A DNA stretch of 32,000 nt. It comes from Luteolibacter ambystomatis. GTDB lineage: Bacteria > Verrucomicrobiota > Verrucomicrobiia > Verrucomicrobiales > Akkermansiaceae. How positions within the stretch are numbered: the first letter of the stretch is position 1; the number at the start of each line of letters is the position of its first letter. The translations under genes were made by a program, and so were the position numbers. The notes under the pieces are model-generated. The model made no database searches. It had not been told where the DNA came from and was given only the letters and a program-made list of their open reading frames with translations. This document shows positions 23,781-32,000 of the stretch, piece after piece. The stretch spans positions 2,397,754 to 2,429,753 of the forward strand of contig NZ_CP073100.1 of NCBI RefSeq assembly GCF_018137965.1. The letters are read 5' to 3'.

Positions 23781-26700
23781 TCATTTGGCAGCCAGCTTCA
23801 GGCGGAGCTTGGTCCATTCATCGTCCGAGCAACCGGCCTCGGTGGCGGCGGAGGCGAACTTGGTTTCCACTTCCTGTGAGGACATCTTCATGTCGGCAAG
23901 CGTGCTTCGGTAGCCTTCAAAGGCGTCGATGGATACCTGATCGACACGTCCATGCAAATGAATCGATTTCAGCGATATTACCAGGCACCGGTGAAAAAAT
24001 GCTCCAGCCTCCGCAGGACGGCCCGTGGCCCGCAAAAACTGTGCAAAGTTGGCAAGCCCACTGGTCAAATCCGCTTGATTCGGAAAGGACGCCTTCTCTT
24101 GCACCGCCACGGCACGCCGGTAAAAAATTTCTGCTTCTTCCAGACGATTAGTGGCCTGCAACACACAGGCGAGGTTATAATATGAAATCGCCACGTACGA
24201 GTGATTCAGCCCCAAGGATTTCTCATAGATTGCGGCTGCACGCCTCAAAAGAGGCTCGGCATCACCCCAGCGGCTCAACTTCATCAAAAGCCTGGCGAGA
24301 TTATTGGCAGATGTGGCAATTTTCGTGTAACCGGAGCCCGGGGATCCCTCATTGATCGCCAGCGCCCGCCGATACAGCGGTTCCGCTTCCGCGAGTCGGT
24401 CGGCACCGACCAGGAAGTGCGCAAGCCTATCGAGAGAAACCGTGATGGCAGGATCCCCCGTCCCCCAGACTTTCTCACGAATCGCCAGCGAGCGACGGAA
24501 AAGAGGTTCGGCTTCTTTCGACCGGCCCGTAACTTCAAAGAGCTGGCCGATATTGTCGAGCACGGCAGCTACTTTCGAATGATCCGGGCCAAGGGATTCT
24601 TCCAGAATCGCCAACTGGCGGCGATAAAGGCCCTCGGCCTCTTCCAAACTGCCCTTGTCGACCAAAACATTCCCCAGATTGCCCGAAGTGGTTGCGACAT
24701 CCGGGTGATCCGGGCCGCAAACACGCTCGCGAATATCCAGAGCACGGCGCAAAAGGGACTCCGCGTCCGCAAGGCGGTCCGTGGAGTGGCAAAGTTGGCC
24801 GAGATTGTCCAGGACCATCCCCACCGACGGGTGGTTGGAACCGTGAGCTTTCTCCAAAATCACCAAAGCCCGCCGGAAAAGGGGTTCCGCTTCCGTGAAG
24901 CGGTTCGCCTCGTTGAGAAGTCCGGCGAGAGAATTAAGAACCAAGCCGACATTAGGGTGATCCGGCCCCAGCGTTTTTTCGTTGATCGAAAGCGCGCGTT
25001 TCAACAGGGGCTCCGCCGCGGCGAAGCGGTTTGTGGTCATCAGGAGAACAGCCAGATTGCCGAGCGAGGTAGCAATGCAGGGATGATCGGCAGGCAGGCA
25101 CTTCTCATGAATCGCCAACGCACGGCGGAGAAGGCCTTCGGCTTCTCCATAGCGGTCTGTGGACTGGCAGAACAAAGCGAGATTGTTTAGTGAAGCAGCT
25201 AGGGCGGGATGATCGGATCCGAGAGATTTTTCAGAGATTGCAACCGCGTTGCGAAACAGCGACTCCGCTTCGGAGCGTCGGTTGGTCTCCTGGAGCAGAC
25301 GAGCCAGATTGTTGGTGGACGTGACATACTGCCATGAATCCAGATCGTGGAATCTCTCATGAATTTGGAGGGAGCCTCGGAGAGCCGCCTCCGCCTCGAC
25401 CAGGCGGTTTTCATCCCGCAGAAAATGCGAGTAATTGTTGAGGCAGTTTACAAGATCCGACATCTCCACTCCTGGTGACTTCGACCAGATCTCCAACCCC
25501 TGGCGAAAAATAGGCTCCGCCTCCTTGGGCCGGTTCGTCGCAATCAGTATCCCTGCCAGATTGCAAAGACTTCTTGCCACGGCATCCGACCGGCCACCCT
25601 CCCGCCTTTCCGCCGATGCCAGCAATGACCGGAACAACAACTCGGCCTCCTCATTCCGGGCCAATGTAAACAACGCGCAAGCCAGACGGTTGTTCACCTC
25701 GGTCCACATCTCCGCATCCACATCCTCCGAAACCCATGCCGCCGCACGGCGACAGGACGCCAAAGAGGCTTCAAAATCCGGCTTCAACATGAGGGCATCA
25801 CTCTGCTTCAGAAGAGAATCCACCATACACTGGCGCTCTCTCTTCCGTTCGTCCGCCACCCGCTCATGCCATGCTTCCGCCGCAGCATACTGGGCGTCCA
25901 GATGTTTCATGCGGACTTCACCGGAGTCCGTATCCTCCTCCATCAGCGCCGCTGCCTCGCCGAACCTCCCCTTCGCCATGAGAACATAATACTTTTGTTT
26001 CGCCTCCGCTCCGGGGTTCTCCTCCACCTGCCGAACGTAAAGATCCAGTTTTCTCCGCAATTCTCCAACGGATACTTTCATCTCCACCGCTACCTGCTGC
26101 CATGCTAGATCCATTCGTTGTCCTGGCGTCAGCTCCTCTTTCTCCCTCCTATCAGCAGCGGCCAATTTGATAGCCCGGTCAACAGCAGCTTCCATGACAG
26201 CAGCGTTCTCCTTCGCTTCCACGCGGTTCAATTCTTTCGCCTCCAGGTGATTCCGCTGCTGCTGATGCAAGAATGTCGCACCTCCAGCCACCACTAGCGC
26301 CACCAATAAACATACCGCGATCAAACCATGACGCCGCGTGCGGACCACCTCGCGGCGCACCTGGTGCTCCTCGATCCGGAGGGAGATGAGGACTTCGCGC
26401 AGGGCCATGACGCGGGTGCGCAGTTGATGGAGGTCCGCCGGGCGCTCGTGGAAGCCGGGCGCCTCCTGCAGCCGCCGGCGGTGGGCGATCTGCCACTCCC
26501 GCTTTTCCCCGTCCTCGAGCGGAAGGTCCTCATCGTAGGGAAAGTCTTCCGGACAGATGAAGGTATAGACGCGGAAGGACCCGATCCCGCGTTCATCCTG
26601 GAGGCGGCGGCCGATGTCATGCTCGATCTGGGTGTAGCTGCGCCGCGGCATGCCGGCAGGCAGCGTGGCGGGGTCCGGCTCGCCGCTGTAGCGCATGCCG

Positions 26701-26897
26701 GCGATGTGGATGAGCGCCTGGCATTCGGAGATACGTCGTTCCAACATTCCCGTCACGGTGCCCGCATCCGGAGGAAAATTCGTCGTTTCCTCCACCGGAT
26801 GGCAGCCGATGGCGAGCAGCGCGTCCCTCACCACAAGCCTCGCTCCGCGGAGATCTCCATTGGTGGCGGAAATGAATATCTTCGGGATGGGGGGCAT
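23781..26897 (-). CDS. DUF4062 (TIR-like) - TM - coiled coil - TPR-array protein (1038 aa)
   Basis: N-terminus KIFISATNGDLRGARLVVRDALLAIGCHPVE...ECQALIHIAGMRYSG is the DUF4062 pattern. Basic RREVVRTRRHG, then the TM helix LIAVCLLVALVVAGGATFL. About 13 tandem 42-aa TPR_12/KLC-like repeats (consensus AE.L.RRALAI.EK.LG.DHP.VA..LNNLA.LL..TNR). I saw no Walker A motif. Confidence 0.8.
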   Translation of the reverse strand: MPPIPKIFISATNGDLRGARLVVRDALLAIGCHPVEETTNFPPDAGTVTGMLERRISECQALIHIAGMRYSGEPDPATLPAGMPRRSYTQIEHDIGRRLQDERGIGSFRVYTFICPEDFPYDEDLPLEDGEKREWQIAHRRRLQEAPGFHERPADLHQLRTRVMALREVLISLRIEEHQVRREVVRTRRHGLIAVCLLVALVVAGGATFLHQQQRNHLEAKELNRVEAKENAAVMEAAVDRAIKLAAADRREKEELTPGQRMDLAWQQVAVEMKVSVGELRRKLDLYVRQVEENPGAEAKQKYYVLMAKGRFGEAAALMEEDTDSGEVRMKHLDAQYAAAEAWHERVADERKRERQCMVDSLLKQSDALMLKPDFEASLASCRRAAAWVSEDVDAEMWTEVNNRLACALFTLARNEEAELLFRSLLASAERREGGRSDAVARSLCNLAGILIATNRPKEAEPIFRQGLEIWSKSPGVEMSDLVNCLNNYSHFLRDENRLVEAEAALRGSLQIHERFHDLDSWQYVTSTNNLARLLQETNRRSEAESLFRNAVAISEKSLGSDHPALAASLNNLALFCQSTDRYGEAEGLLRRALAIHEKCLPADHPCIATSLGNLAVLLMTTNRFAAAEPLLKRALSINEKTLGPDHPNVGLVLNSLAGLLNEANRFTEAEPLFRRALVILEKAHGSNHPSVGMVLDNLGQLCHSTDRLADAESLLRRALDIRERVCGPDHPDVATTSGNLGNVLVDKGSLEEAEGLYRRQLAILEESLGPDHSKVAAVLDNIGQLFEVTGRSKEAEPLFRRSLAIREKVWGTGDPAITVSLDRLAHFLVGADRLAEAEPLYRRALAINEGSPGSGYTKIATSANNLARLLMKLSRWGDAEPLLRRAAAIYEKSLGLNHSYVAISYYNLACVLQATNRLEEAEIFYRRAVAVQEKASFPNQADLTSGLANFAQFLRATGRPAEAGAFFHRCLVISLKSIHLHGRVDQVSIDAFEGYRSTLADMKMSSQEVETKFASAATEAGCSDDEWTKLRLKLAAK

Positions 26898-26978
26898 GTT
26901 TCATTCCATAGGGGAATCGCGGGATCGGCGCAAGATTCCATATATCATGATGGCGTGGGAGTCGGAGGACAGGTGATT

Positions 26979-27157
26979 CCAATGTAGTCGAAAGCTCCGC
27001 TTTCGATATGGGGGGCGGGTGGATGATGGATGGAGGTCGGAAGGCGGGTGATGTCCGATACCAAAGAGGGAAAGCTGGAGCTTCCCCCTACATCGGGAAA
27101 GCGGAGCGGCAATGTAGTCGAAAGCTCCGCTTTCGATCCCGGGGGCGGCCGGGTGGC
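26979..27157. repeat. Composite repeat D-E-D, copy 2 (same orientation as copy 1)
   Basis: D at 26979-27022, E (AAGAGGGAAAGCTGGAGCTTCCCCCTACA) at 27063-27092, D at 27110-27155. Long stretches are identical to 22442-22600. Confidence 0.85.
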
Positions 27158-27218
27158 GGACGTGGACGGGACCTTTCTACTGGATACGCAGTAGTTTGAT
27201 GCCGGACCGCGGGCGGGA

Positions 27219-28163
27219 TCATTTGCGGGCGCGGTCCGCGGCCTCGAAATAGGACGGACGGACGGACAACTGCTGGCGGAAGAGCCATGGCAGGAGATCG
27301 GGGTGGAAGAAGCTCCATTGCCAGGCGGCATGACCGGCCCTTTTGTCGGCGACCGTCAGCCGGATATCGGAGCCCCAGCGGGCCATCGCGTCCGGCAGGG
27401 TTTTCGCGTTGTCGAGGATGGGCTGGCTCTCGCCATCATTGATGAAGAACCAGACCGGAGAGGGTTTCCTGCGGCGCTCCGCGATCATGTACGGCGATCC
27501 GTGGGTATTGCTGATGGCGACTCCGGCCGCGAAGACATCCGGATAAAGCGTGACGGCATCGATCACGCCGCCAGCCCCCGAACTGAGTCCGACGATGTAG
27601 ATCCGCGAGAGATCGACGGGGAACTTCACGCGCAACTGGTCGATCAAGGCCACGAGCATGCGCAGTTGGAAGCGCGGCTGCTCCACCACCGGTCCGCCCC
27701 AGCTCTCGCCCCTGGCATGCTGGGGTGCCAGCACATAGGCGGGGCAGGCGCGCTGGATGGCGGGCTGCGCGAAGACGAGGAACTCATCGTGCTTGAACTG
27801 GGCCGTATTGTCGGCTCCGGCTTCACCCAGTCCGTGGAGAAAGACCACCAGCGGGCACCGGACATTGCCCGTGACGGTGGGTGCGAAAAGCCGCCAGCGC
27901 ATTTCATTCCCATCCGCCTGCAGGGTACCGGCCCAGGCAAACGCATCCATGCCCACGGTGAACCCGGCCTGCTTTTCATCGCGCTGGCTGAAGGAGCCCG
28001 CCTTTGAGACCTTCGCCCTCGTGCTCCCCATGGGCAGGGTCGGTGCCTTCCGCGCGGCATCCGGGAGATACCCCAGCCCATCCAGGGTGGAATTCATTTC
28101 CACGGGCGCGGCACCGGCCCGGGAGAGGGCAAGCAGGAGGATGCAGGAGAGGAGCGTTTTCAT
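27219..28163 (-). CDS. Secreted alpha/beta-hydrolase (esterase, PHB-depolymerase / carboxylesterase-like)
   Basis: ATG at 28163 (alternative at 28172) gives the signal peptide MKTLLSCILLLALSRAGAAP. Oxyanion VVFLHGLGEAG, nucleophile elbow IYIVGLSSGAGG (GxSxG), and a C-terminal AGHAAW histidine. The upstream 300 codons of the 625-aa tracked ORF are out-of-frame overlap. Confidence 0.8.
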   Translation of the reverse strand: MKTLLSCILLLALSRAGAAPVEMNSTLDGLGYLPDAARKAPTLPMGSTRAKVSKAGSFSQRDEKQAGFTVGMDAFAWAGTLQADGNEMRWRLFAPTVTGNVRCPLVVFLHGLGEAGADNTAQFKHDEFLVFAQPAIQRACPAYVLAPQHARGESWGGPVVEQPRFQLRMLVALIDQLRVKFPVDLSRIYIVGLSSGAGGVIDAVTLYPDVFAAGVAISNTHGSPYMIAERRRKPSPVWFFINDGESQPILDNAKTLPDAMARWGSDIRLTVADKRAGHAAWQWSFFHPDLLPWLFRQQLSVRPSYFEAADRARK

Positions 28164-29776
28164 GATGGGCATGGAGAGGTGGAGATGCGGAGGGAGGATT
28201 GATGGAGGAGGGCCAGCGCGGTACACAGCAGCAGCCCGAAGGACAGCCGGTAGCAGGACTCGGTATGATAGGAGGCGGTGGCATCCACCCCTCCATAGCT
28301 GGAGAAGAAAAAGAGGCAGGGCAGCAGGAGGAAGACAGCCAGCCCCAGGGTGGAAAGCGCCGCCTTTCCCGCCATCCCCCGCCCTGCCGCCAGCAGGCAC
28401 AGCAGCACGGCCACGGCGAACCCTCCGGGATAGGCGGCGGGAATGAACAGCGCCGCCATTTTCCGCAAGGCCGCCCGATAGATGACCGCGCTGCCGGAGG
28501 CATCGAAAGCCGGTCCGCCTGCAAAGGAGAAATCCCAGCCGTGCAGTCCGCCGAGCCGGGCGATGAGCACCCAGGTGAAGGCACCGGCGGCACAGAGCGC
28601 GGTCTTGCGTGAGATGCGCCGCTCCGCGATCGAGAAGGCACCCGCAAGGTAGAATGCGAGCAGGGCTCCCTCCCGCTTGCACAGCGCGATCAGGATCGCA
28701 TGGACGAGCACCTCCGGCCATGACGCGCGGCTCCACCGCACCGCCAGATGAAGGCACAGCGTCCACAGCAGCAGATCCGGCAGGCCATGGCGCACGCACT
28801 CCAGCACGATGGGCGAAGTGAAAAGCACGCAGGCGAGACCGATGGGAAACGCGGTGCCGCGCCAGACCCCGCCGAAGAGCCTGGCACCGAGGATCACCGC
28901 CAGCGGCCACACCGCCAGACAGGCGAACCGGCAGACCCGCCAATCGAACTCCTGCTGGACCCGCGCGAGCGCCCCGCACAGGAGCGGATAGAGCGGAGGA
29001 TAATCGCCTGAGAACAGCCACGCCTGCCGCGAATAGATCCAGTCGAAGGAGGACGCCGGTCCGGCGGTGGAGAAAATCCGCGCCGAGGCCGCCCACAATC
29101 CGAAGCCCGCATTGCCCAGGTCACCATCCGTCCAACAGATGACCAGCAGCACGGCAAAGCACGCGGAGGGCAGCAGCAGCGCGAAGTTTCCCACGCCCAC
29201 CCCGCGCCACGCAACCAGCGCGCCGCCGAGCGCCAGCAGGCACGCGGCGATGGCGAGCCGCCACGGAGGATGGACCACTGCCGGAGCCATCGGCGCTTCT
29301 CCGGTTCCTCCCGCCAGCGCTATGCCGGGCGCGGCCCAGAGTTCAAAAGCCTGTCCACCGCTGCCACGCGTGGCGAGGCACTGCCATCCCGCCAGCCTCG
29401 CCCCGGCCTCGTCCCGCCACAGGGACACCTCCGGAGCGCGGATGATGAAGATGCCATTCCGCCATGCGTCCTCCCCATGCGGAGCGAGCAGCGCCCGCGG
29501 ATAGCCCCATGGGGCGACGGTGCGTGCCGCGGACATCGCATTGTACGGACGCTCCGGGACACAGTCCCACAGGGCGGCGGAGGCATCCGCAGGCAGCAGC
29601 CGCAACAGCTCCGCGGCGCCCTCCATCTTCCGCTGGTGAAAACGGAGTGGATCGGCGTGCAGCGAGAAGTCATGCCATCCGCTGCTGGCGCGGAACAGTG
29701 AAACGAAACTCCATGCCACGGCCAGCAGGCACAGGACCGGTCCGATCCACGCGAGGGCTCGCTGCGAGGCTGGCAC
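28160..29776 (-). CDS. Polytopic integral membrane protein (N-terminal TM, ~150-aa loop domain, ~10 TM segments), function unknown
   Basis: 538 aa with a GTG start 9 nt after the upstream stop. Many hydrophobic segments. The stop overlaps the esterase ATG (ATGA). Confidence 0.7.
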   Translation of the reverse strand: MPASQRALAWIGPVLCLLAVAWSFVSLFRASSGWHDFSLHADPLRFHQRKMEGAAELLRLLPADASAALWDCVPERPYNAMSAARTVAPWGYPRALLAPHGEDAWRNGIFIIRAPEVSLWRDEAGARLAGWQCLATRGSGGQAFELWAAPGIALAGGTGEAPMAPAVVHPPWRLAIAACLLALGGALVAWRGVGVGNFALLLPSACFAVLLVICWTDGDLGNAGFGLWAASARIFSTAGPASSFDWIYSRQAWLFSGDYPPLYPLLCGALARVQQEFDWRVCRFACLAVWPLAVILGARLFGGVWRGTAFPIGLACVLFTSPIVLECVRHGLPDLLLWTLCLHLAVRWSRASWPEVLVHAILIALCKREGALLAFYLAGAFSIAERRISRKTALCAAGAFTWVLIARLGGLHGWDFSFAGGPAFDASGSAVIYRAALRKMAALFIPAAYPGGFAVAVLLCLLAAGRGMAGKAALSTLGLAVFLLLPCLFFFSSYGGVDATASYHTESCYRLSFGLLLCTALALLHQSSLRISTSPCPS

Positions 29777-29785
29777 GGTGGTTAG

Positions 29786-30592
29786 CTACCGTGGTGGTTT
29801 CCCGGCGGCGTCCTTGAGGTAGGCATCATAGACTTCCTTGAGGCTGACCTTCATCGTTTCGACGAGTTTTTTCACCGGCTCCGGCGGGATCTGGTTTTGA
29901 ATCACGAGCGTCAGCTTTCCGCCCGGATCGCCGCGGCTGATCTGCAGGGCGAACTTCGGCTTGGCGGGAGGAGCGGAGTCCACCGCCGCCAGATCATAAA
30001 GAGTGACCTCCTTCTTTTTCAGATCCACCACGGTGACGAGCATGCCTGTCCGCGCATCCTTCTCGCGGTAGAAGATGGCGGTATTGTTGTCCAGCCAGCC
30101 GGCGGTGTGGAAGCCGGGCCCGCCCAGAGGATCCTTGCGCGTCGCTCCGGTCATGTCACGGCGGGCTTCCAGCACCCATTCGTCGAACTTCGCCTTCTCC
30201 TCATCGGTGGTGGCGTACTTCTCCTTCATCTCATCCAGCTCCAGCTCGTCCTTCTCATCCACGTCCTTCTTCAGGTCCGACTTCAGCTTTCCCTCCAGAG
30301 TGGCATGAATCCGCTCATCCACGATCCATTGTGCCAAGGGCTGCCCGCTTTCACGGGAGATCGCCAGGCCGAAGAGCGGCGCTTCATCGGGATTCGCGAT
30401 CTTTTTGGCGACATCGAAAAAGCACATGTCGCCACGCGCGTACACCTTGCCATCCGGAGAAATCTGCTGCGGGAGACAGACGTAACCCAGGGCATCCTTC
30501 AGCTTTTTGGAAAGCTCCAGCCTGTCCCCCTGGGCGAGGACGGCGGGCATCGAACAGTAAACGGCAAGGGGGACGATCAGGGCGATCTTCAT
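29786..30592 (-). CDS. Secreted hypothetical protein (268 aa)
   Basis: ATG start and signal peptide MKIALIVPLAVYCSMPAVLAQ. Acidic/lysine-rich central helix. Good coding bias. Confidence 0.7.
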   Translation of the reverse strand: MKIALIVPLAVYCSMPAVLAQGDRLELSKKLKDALGYVCLPQQISPDGKVYARGDMCFFDVAKKIANPDEAPLFGLAISRESGQPLAQWIVDERIHATLEGKLKSDLKKDVDEKDELELDEMKEKYATTDEEKAKFDEWVLEARRDMTGATRKDPLGGPGFHTAGWLDNNTAIFYREKDARTGMLVTVVDLKKKEVTLYDLAAVDSAPPAKPKFALQISRGDPGGKLTLVIQNQIPPEPVKKLVETMKVSLKEVYDAYLKDAAGKPPR

Positions 30593-30613
30593 AAGGAAAT
30601 TCCTGGTAAAGGC

Positions 30614-31843
30614 TCAGGGAGGAACGGCGATGAATCCGTAGGGAATGGTATGTTCCACGTTGCTACCGTCAGGCTCCAGAGCTTGGACGCGCATGATCCA
30701 GCATGCCCCCGCCGCGTTATATCCGGACGGCCAGCTCTTGTCAAAAATAGCATCATGAACCAGATCCGCATGCGCCTCATAGGCGACACCCTCCACGCCC
30801 ATCCCCGCATGATAGCCGGCGCGCCGGGACATGTAGATGAAGGGCTTGGCAGTGAGGGCCGTGAAGCCGGCGTTTCCGGGAGTACCCGCGGTCTTGCACT
30901 CGGTGTATTCGGTGATGCCGCTCCACGTGGCGTTCGCGAAATAGCCGTCGTTGACCTGACTGAGCGTCTTGTTGGTCTCCGTGACGTAATATATCTTCCA
31001 GCCGCGCTTGATCCGCAGCCAGTTCATGTGGCCCACCACGTCCCCCTCGGTTGACTGGCTCTTGTAGGGGGAAAAACCGATGGGAGATGAGTTGATCCAG
31101 AACTTGTGAGCGTGCCGCAAGGCGTGCAGGGTGAATCCCACGCAGGAGATCCACGCGTTCGGCGGCGGATTCTGCGGGAAATACAGGACATCCTCATTCC
31201 CCGCCTGTCCGGAGTCGGAGCCCACGTCATAGTCGTGCTGGCCTTCCTCGAAGATTTTCTTCGTCACGGTGTTGATCGCCTCGCTGAGGGTATCGATGCG
31301 GTTGACCGGAATGTTGATCGTGGAGGTGAGCACCTCCTCATTGCCCTGGGGCGTGGCGCTCTTATACTCGAATTTGACGGTGATCGCGTTCGGGTTCGTC
31401 TTCGCGGCGATGGTGGTCGCGTCGAACTTGAGCGTGCTGTTGTCGAAGACCTTGCCAAAGGCCGGGGATGGCTGCGGGATCTTCTGGTTCTGCGCGTTCT
31501 TCACGGACACTTCCAGGATCTTCACCGTGGCCGGCGGAGTCACCTTCAGGCGCGCCGTCATCTCCTTGCCCTTCTGGACGTGGATGACCTTCTTATACGA
31601 GAGGTCCGACTCCGCGACCGTGACCGCCTCCAGCGTCCAGACCATCTTGTTGTTCGGCGCGCCTCCGTTCGGGCCGCCCAGATCGATGGTCTGCTGGTTG
31701 GTCGTGAATCCGATCTTCTTCTTGAGCGGATGCTTGTCGCCTTCCGGAGCCTCCGCGGCCATCGCGGACAGTGGAATCCATCCAGCCATCACAAACATGA
31801 CGATCGTGACAAGCGACCTGCGCCGGGGGAACATGTCATTCAT
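30614..31843 (-). CDS. Secreted hypothetical protein, possible Cys/His hydrolase fold in the C-terminal half
   Basis: Signal-like RRRSLVTIVMFVMAGWIPLSAMAAEAP. Candidate starts are ATG 31843, 31861 and 31834, and TTG 31870. The C-terminal half contains NAWISCVGFTLHALRHAH and later conserved-looking His/Asp residues. The hydrolase call is speculative. Confidence 0.65.
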   Translation of the reverse strand: MNDMFPRRRSLVTIVMFVMAGWIPLSAMAAEAPEGDKHPLKKKIGFTTNQQTIDLGGPNGGAPNNKMVWTLEAVTVAESDLSYKKVIHVQKGKEMTARLKVTPPATVKILEVSVKNAQNQKIPQPSPAFGKVFDNSTLKFDATTIAAKTNPNAITVKFEYKSATPQGNEEVLTSTINIPVNRIDTLSEAINTVTKKIFEEGQHDYDVGSDSGQAGNEDVLYFPQNPPPNAWISCVGFTLHALRHAHKFWINSSPIGFSPYKSQSTEGDVVGHMNWLRIKRGWKIYYVTETNKTLSQVNDGYFANATWSGITEYTECKTAGTPGNAGFTALTAKPFIYMSRRAGYHAGMGVEGVAYEAHADLVHDAIFDKSWPSGYNAAGACWIMRVQALEPDGSNVEHTIPYGFIAVPP

Positions 31844-31981
31844 ACGCGGCGAGCGATACATCTCACCCAAAAACCCGTCAACACATATTCATTCACAACA
31901 TCCTCACAAAATAAACATATGACACCCGACAGTGACGCAACTAGCGTGACACACTCTCCGGACGACGGAAGGACGGGTGAT

Positions 31982-32000
31982 CCCAATGTAGTCGAAAGCT
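31982..32000. repeat. Start of another repeat-D copy, cut by the window end
   Basis: CCCAATGTAGTCGAAAGCT matches the 5' end of the D elements at 22442 and 26979, including the preceding GGTGATYCC context. Confidence 0.7.

Noticed and set aside
22812-23879. 355-aa + ORF across the membrane-paralog array
   Set aside because: It is antisense to two hydrophobic paralogs with clear TM patterns, and its composition is Arg/Gly/Glu-rich junk.
24201-25190. 329-aa + ORF inside the TPR gene
   Set aside because: It is antisense to a regular 42-aa TPR repeat array. Its apparent periodicity only mirrors the sense-strand repeats.
28164-29096. N-terminal 300 codons of the 625-aa minus ORF (27219..29096)
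   Set aside because: This part is out of frame with the 538-aa polytopic membrane protein and overlaps it. The real esterase begins at the signal peptide (ATG 28163/28172), using the ATGA overlap.
29897-31054. 385-aa + ORF
   Set aside because: It is antisense to two secreted-protein genes that have signal peptides and good codon bias.

Overview
High-GC bacterial chromosome segment (roughly 60-65% GC by eye, with C/G-rich third codon positions in the core genes). The protein styles and the density of several GC-rich REP-like hairpin families suggest a Verrucomicrobiota/PVC-type genome, but this is a low-confidence inference. Layout: (1) 1-9.1 kb is a housekeeping block on the + strand: Ldh_2-family oxidoreductase, SDR, secA, a small Cys-rich membrane ORF, and a TonB-dependent receptor with a PepSY membrane protein. 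(2) 9.1-10.7 kb holds a single IS200/IS605-type Y1 (HUH) transposase that looks like a RAYT. It is bracketed by inverted REP modules, including a 144-bp REP doublet amplified in tandem about 4.6 times. (3) 10.8-15 kb holds small hypothetical genes of mixed composition, a perfect (CCTTCGA)x20 microsatellite, an operator-like palindrome, and an HTH protein with a clean terminator. (4) 15-19.7 kb on the minus strand is a degraded phage-derived module: a Mu gp29/DUF935-like portal, two translationally coupled fibre-like structural proteins, and a frameshifted GT-A glycosyltransferase. It has no terminase, capsid or integrase. (5) 19.8-27.2 kb is an AT-richer candidate defence/signalling island and the best candidate for something undescribed. 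It contains a TIR-TM-unknown-domain protein, a frameshifted coiled-coil lipoprotein, and a 1038-aa DUF4062(TIR-like)-TM-TPR protein followed by a tandem array of small 4-TM paralogs. That cassette is bracketed by direct copies of a composite repeat of about 160-180 bp. (6) 27.2-31.9 kb is a minus-strand operon: two secreted proteins, a polytopic membrane protein and an alpha/beta-hydrolase. I recognised no rRNA, tRNA, CRISPR array or riboswitch. Several apparent frameshifts or stop anomalies cluster in the accessory half. They may reflect gene decay or assembly errors, and I cannot tell which from the sequence alone.
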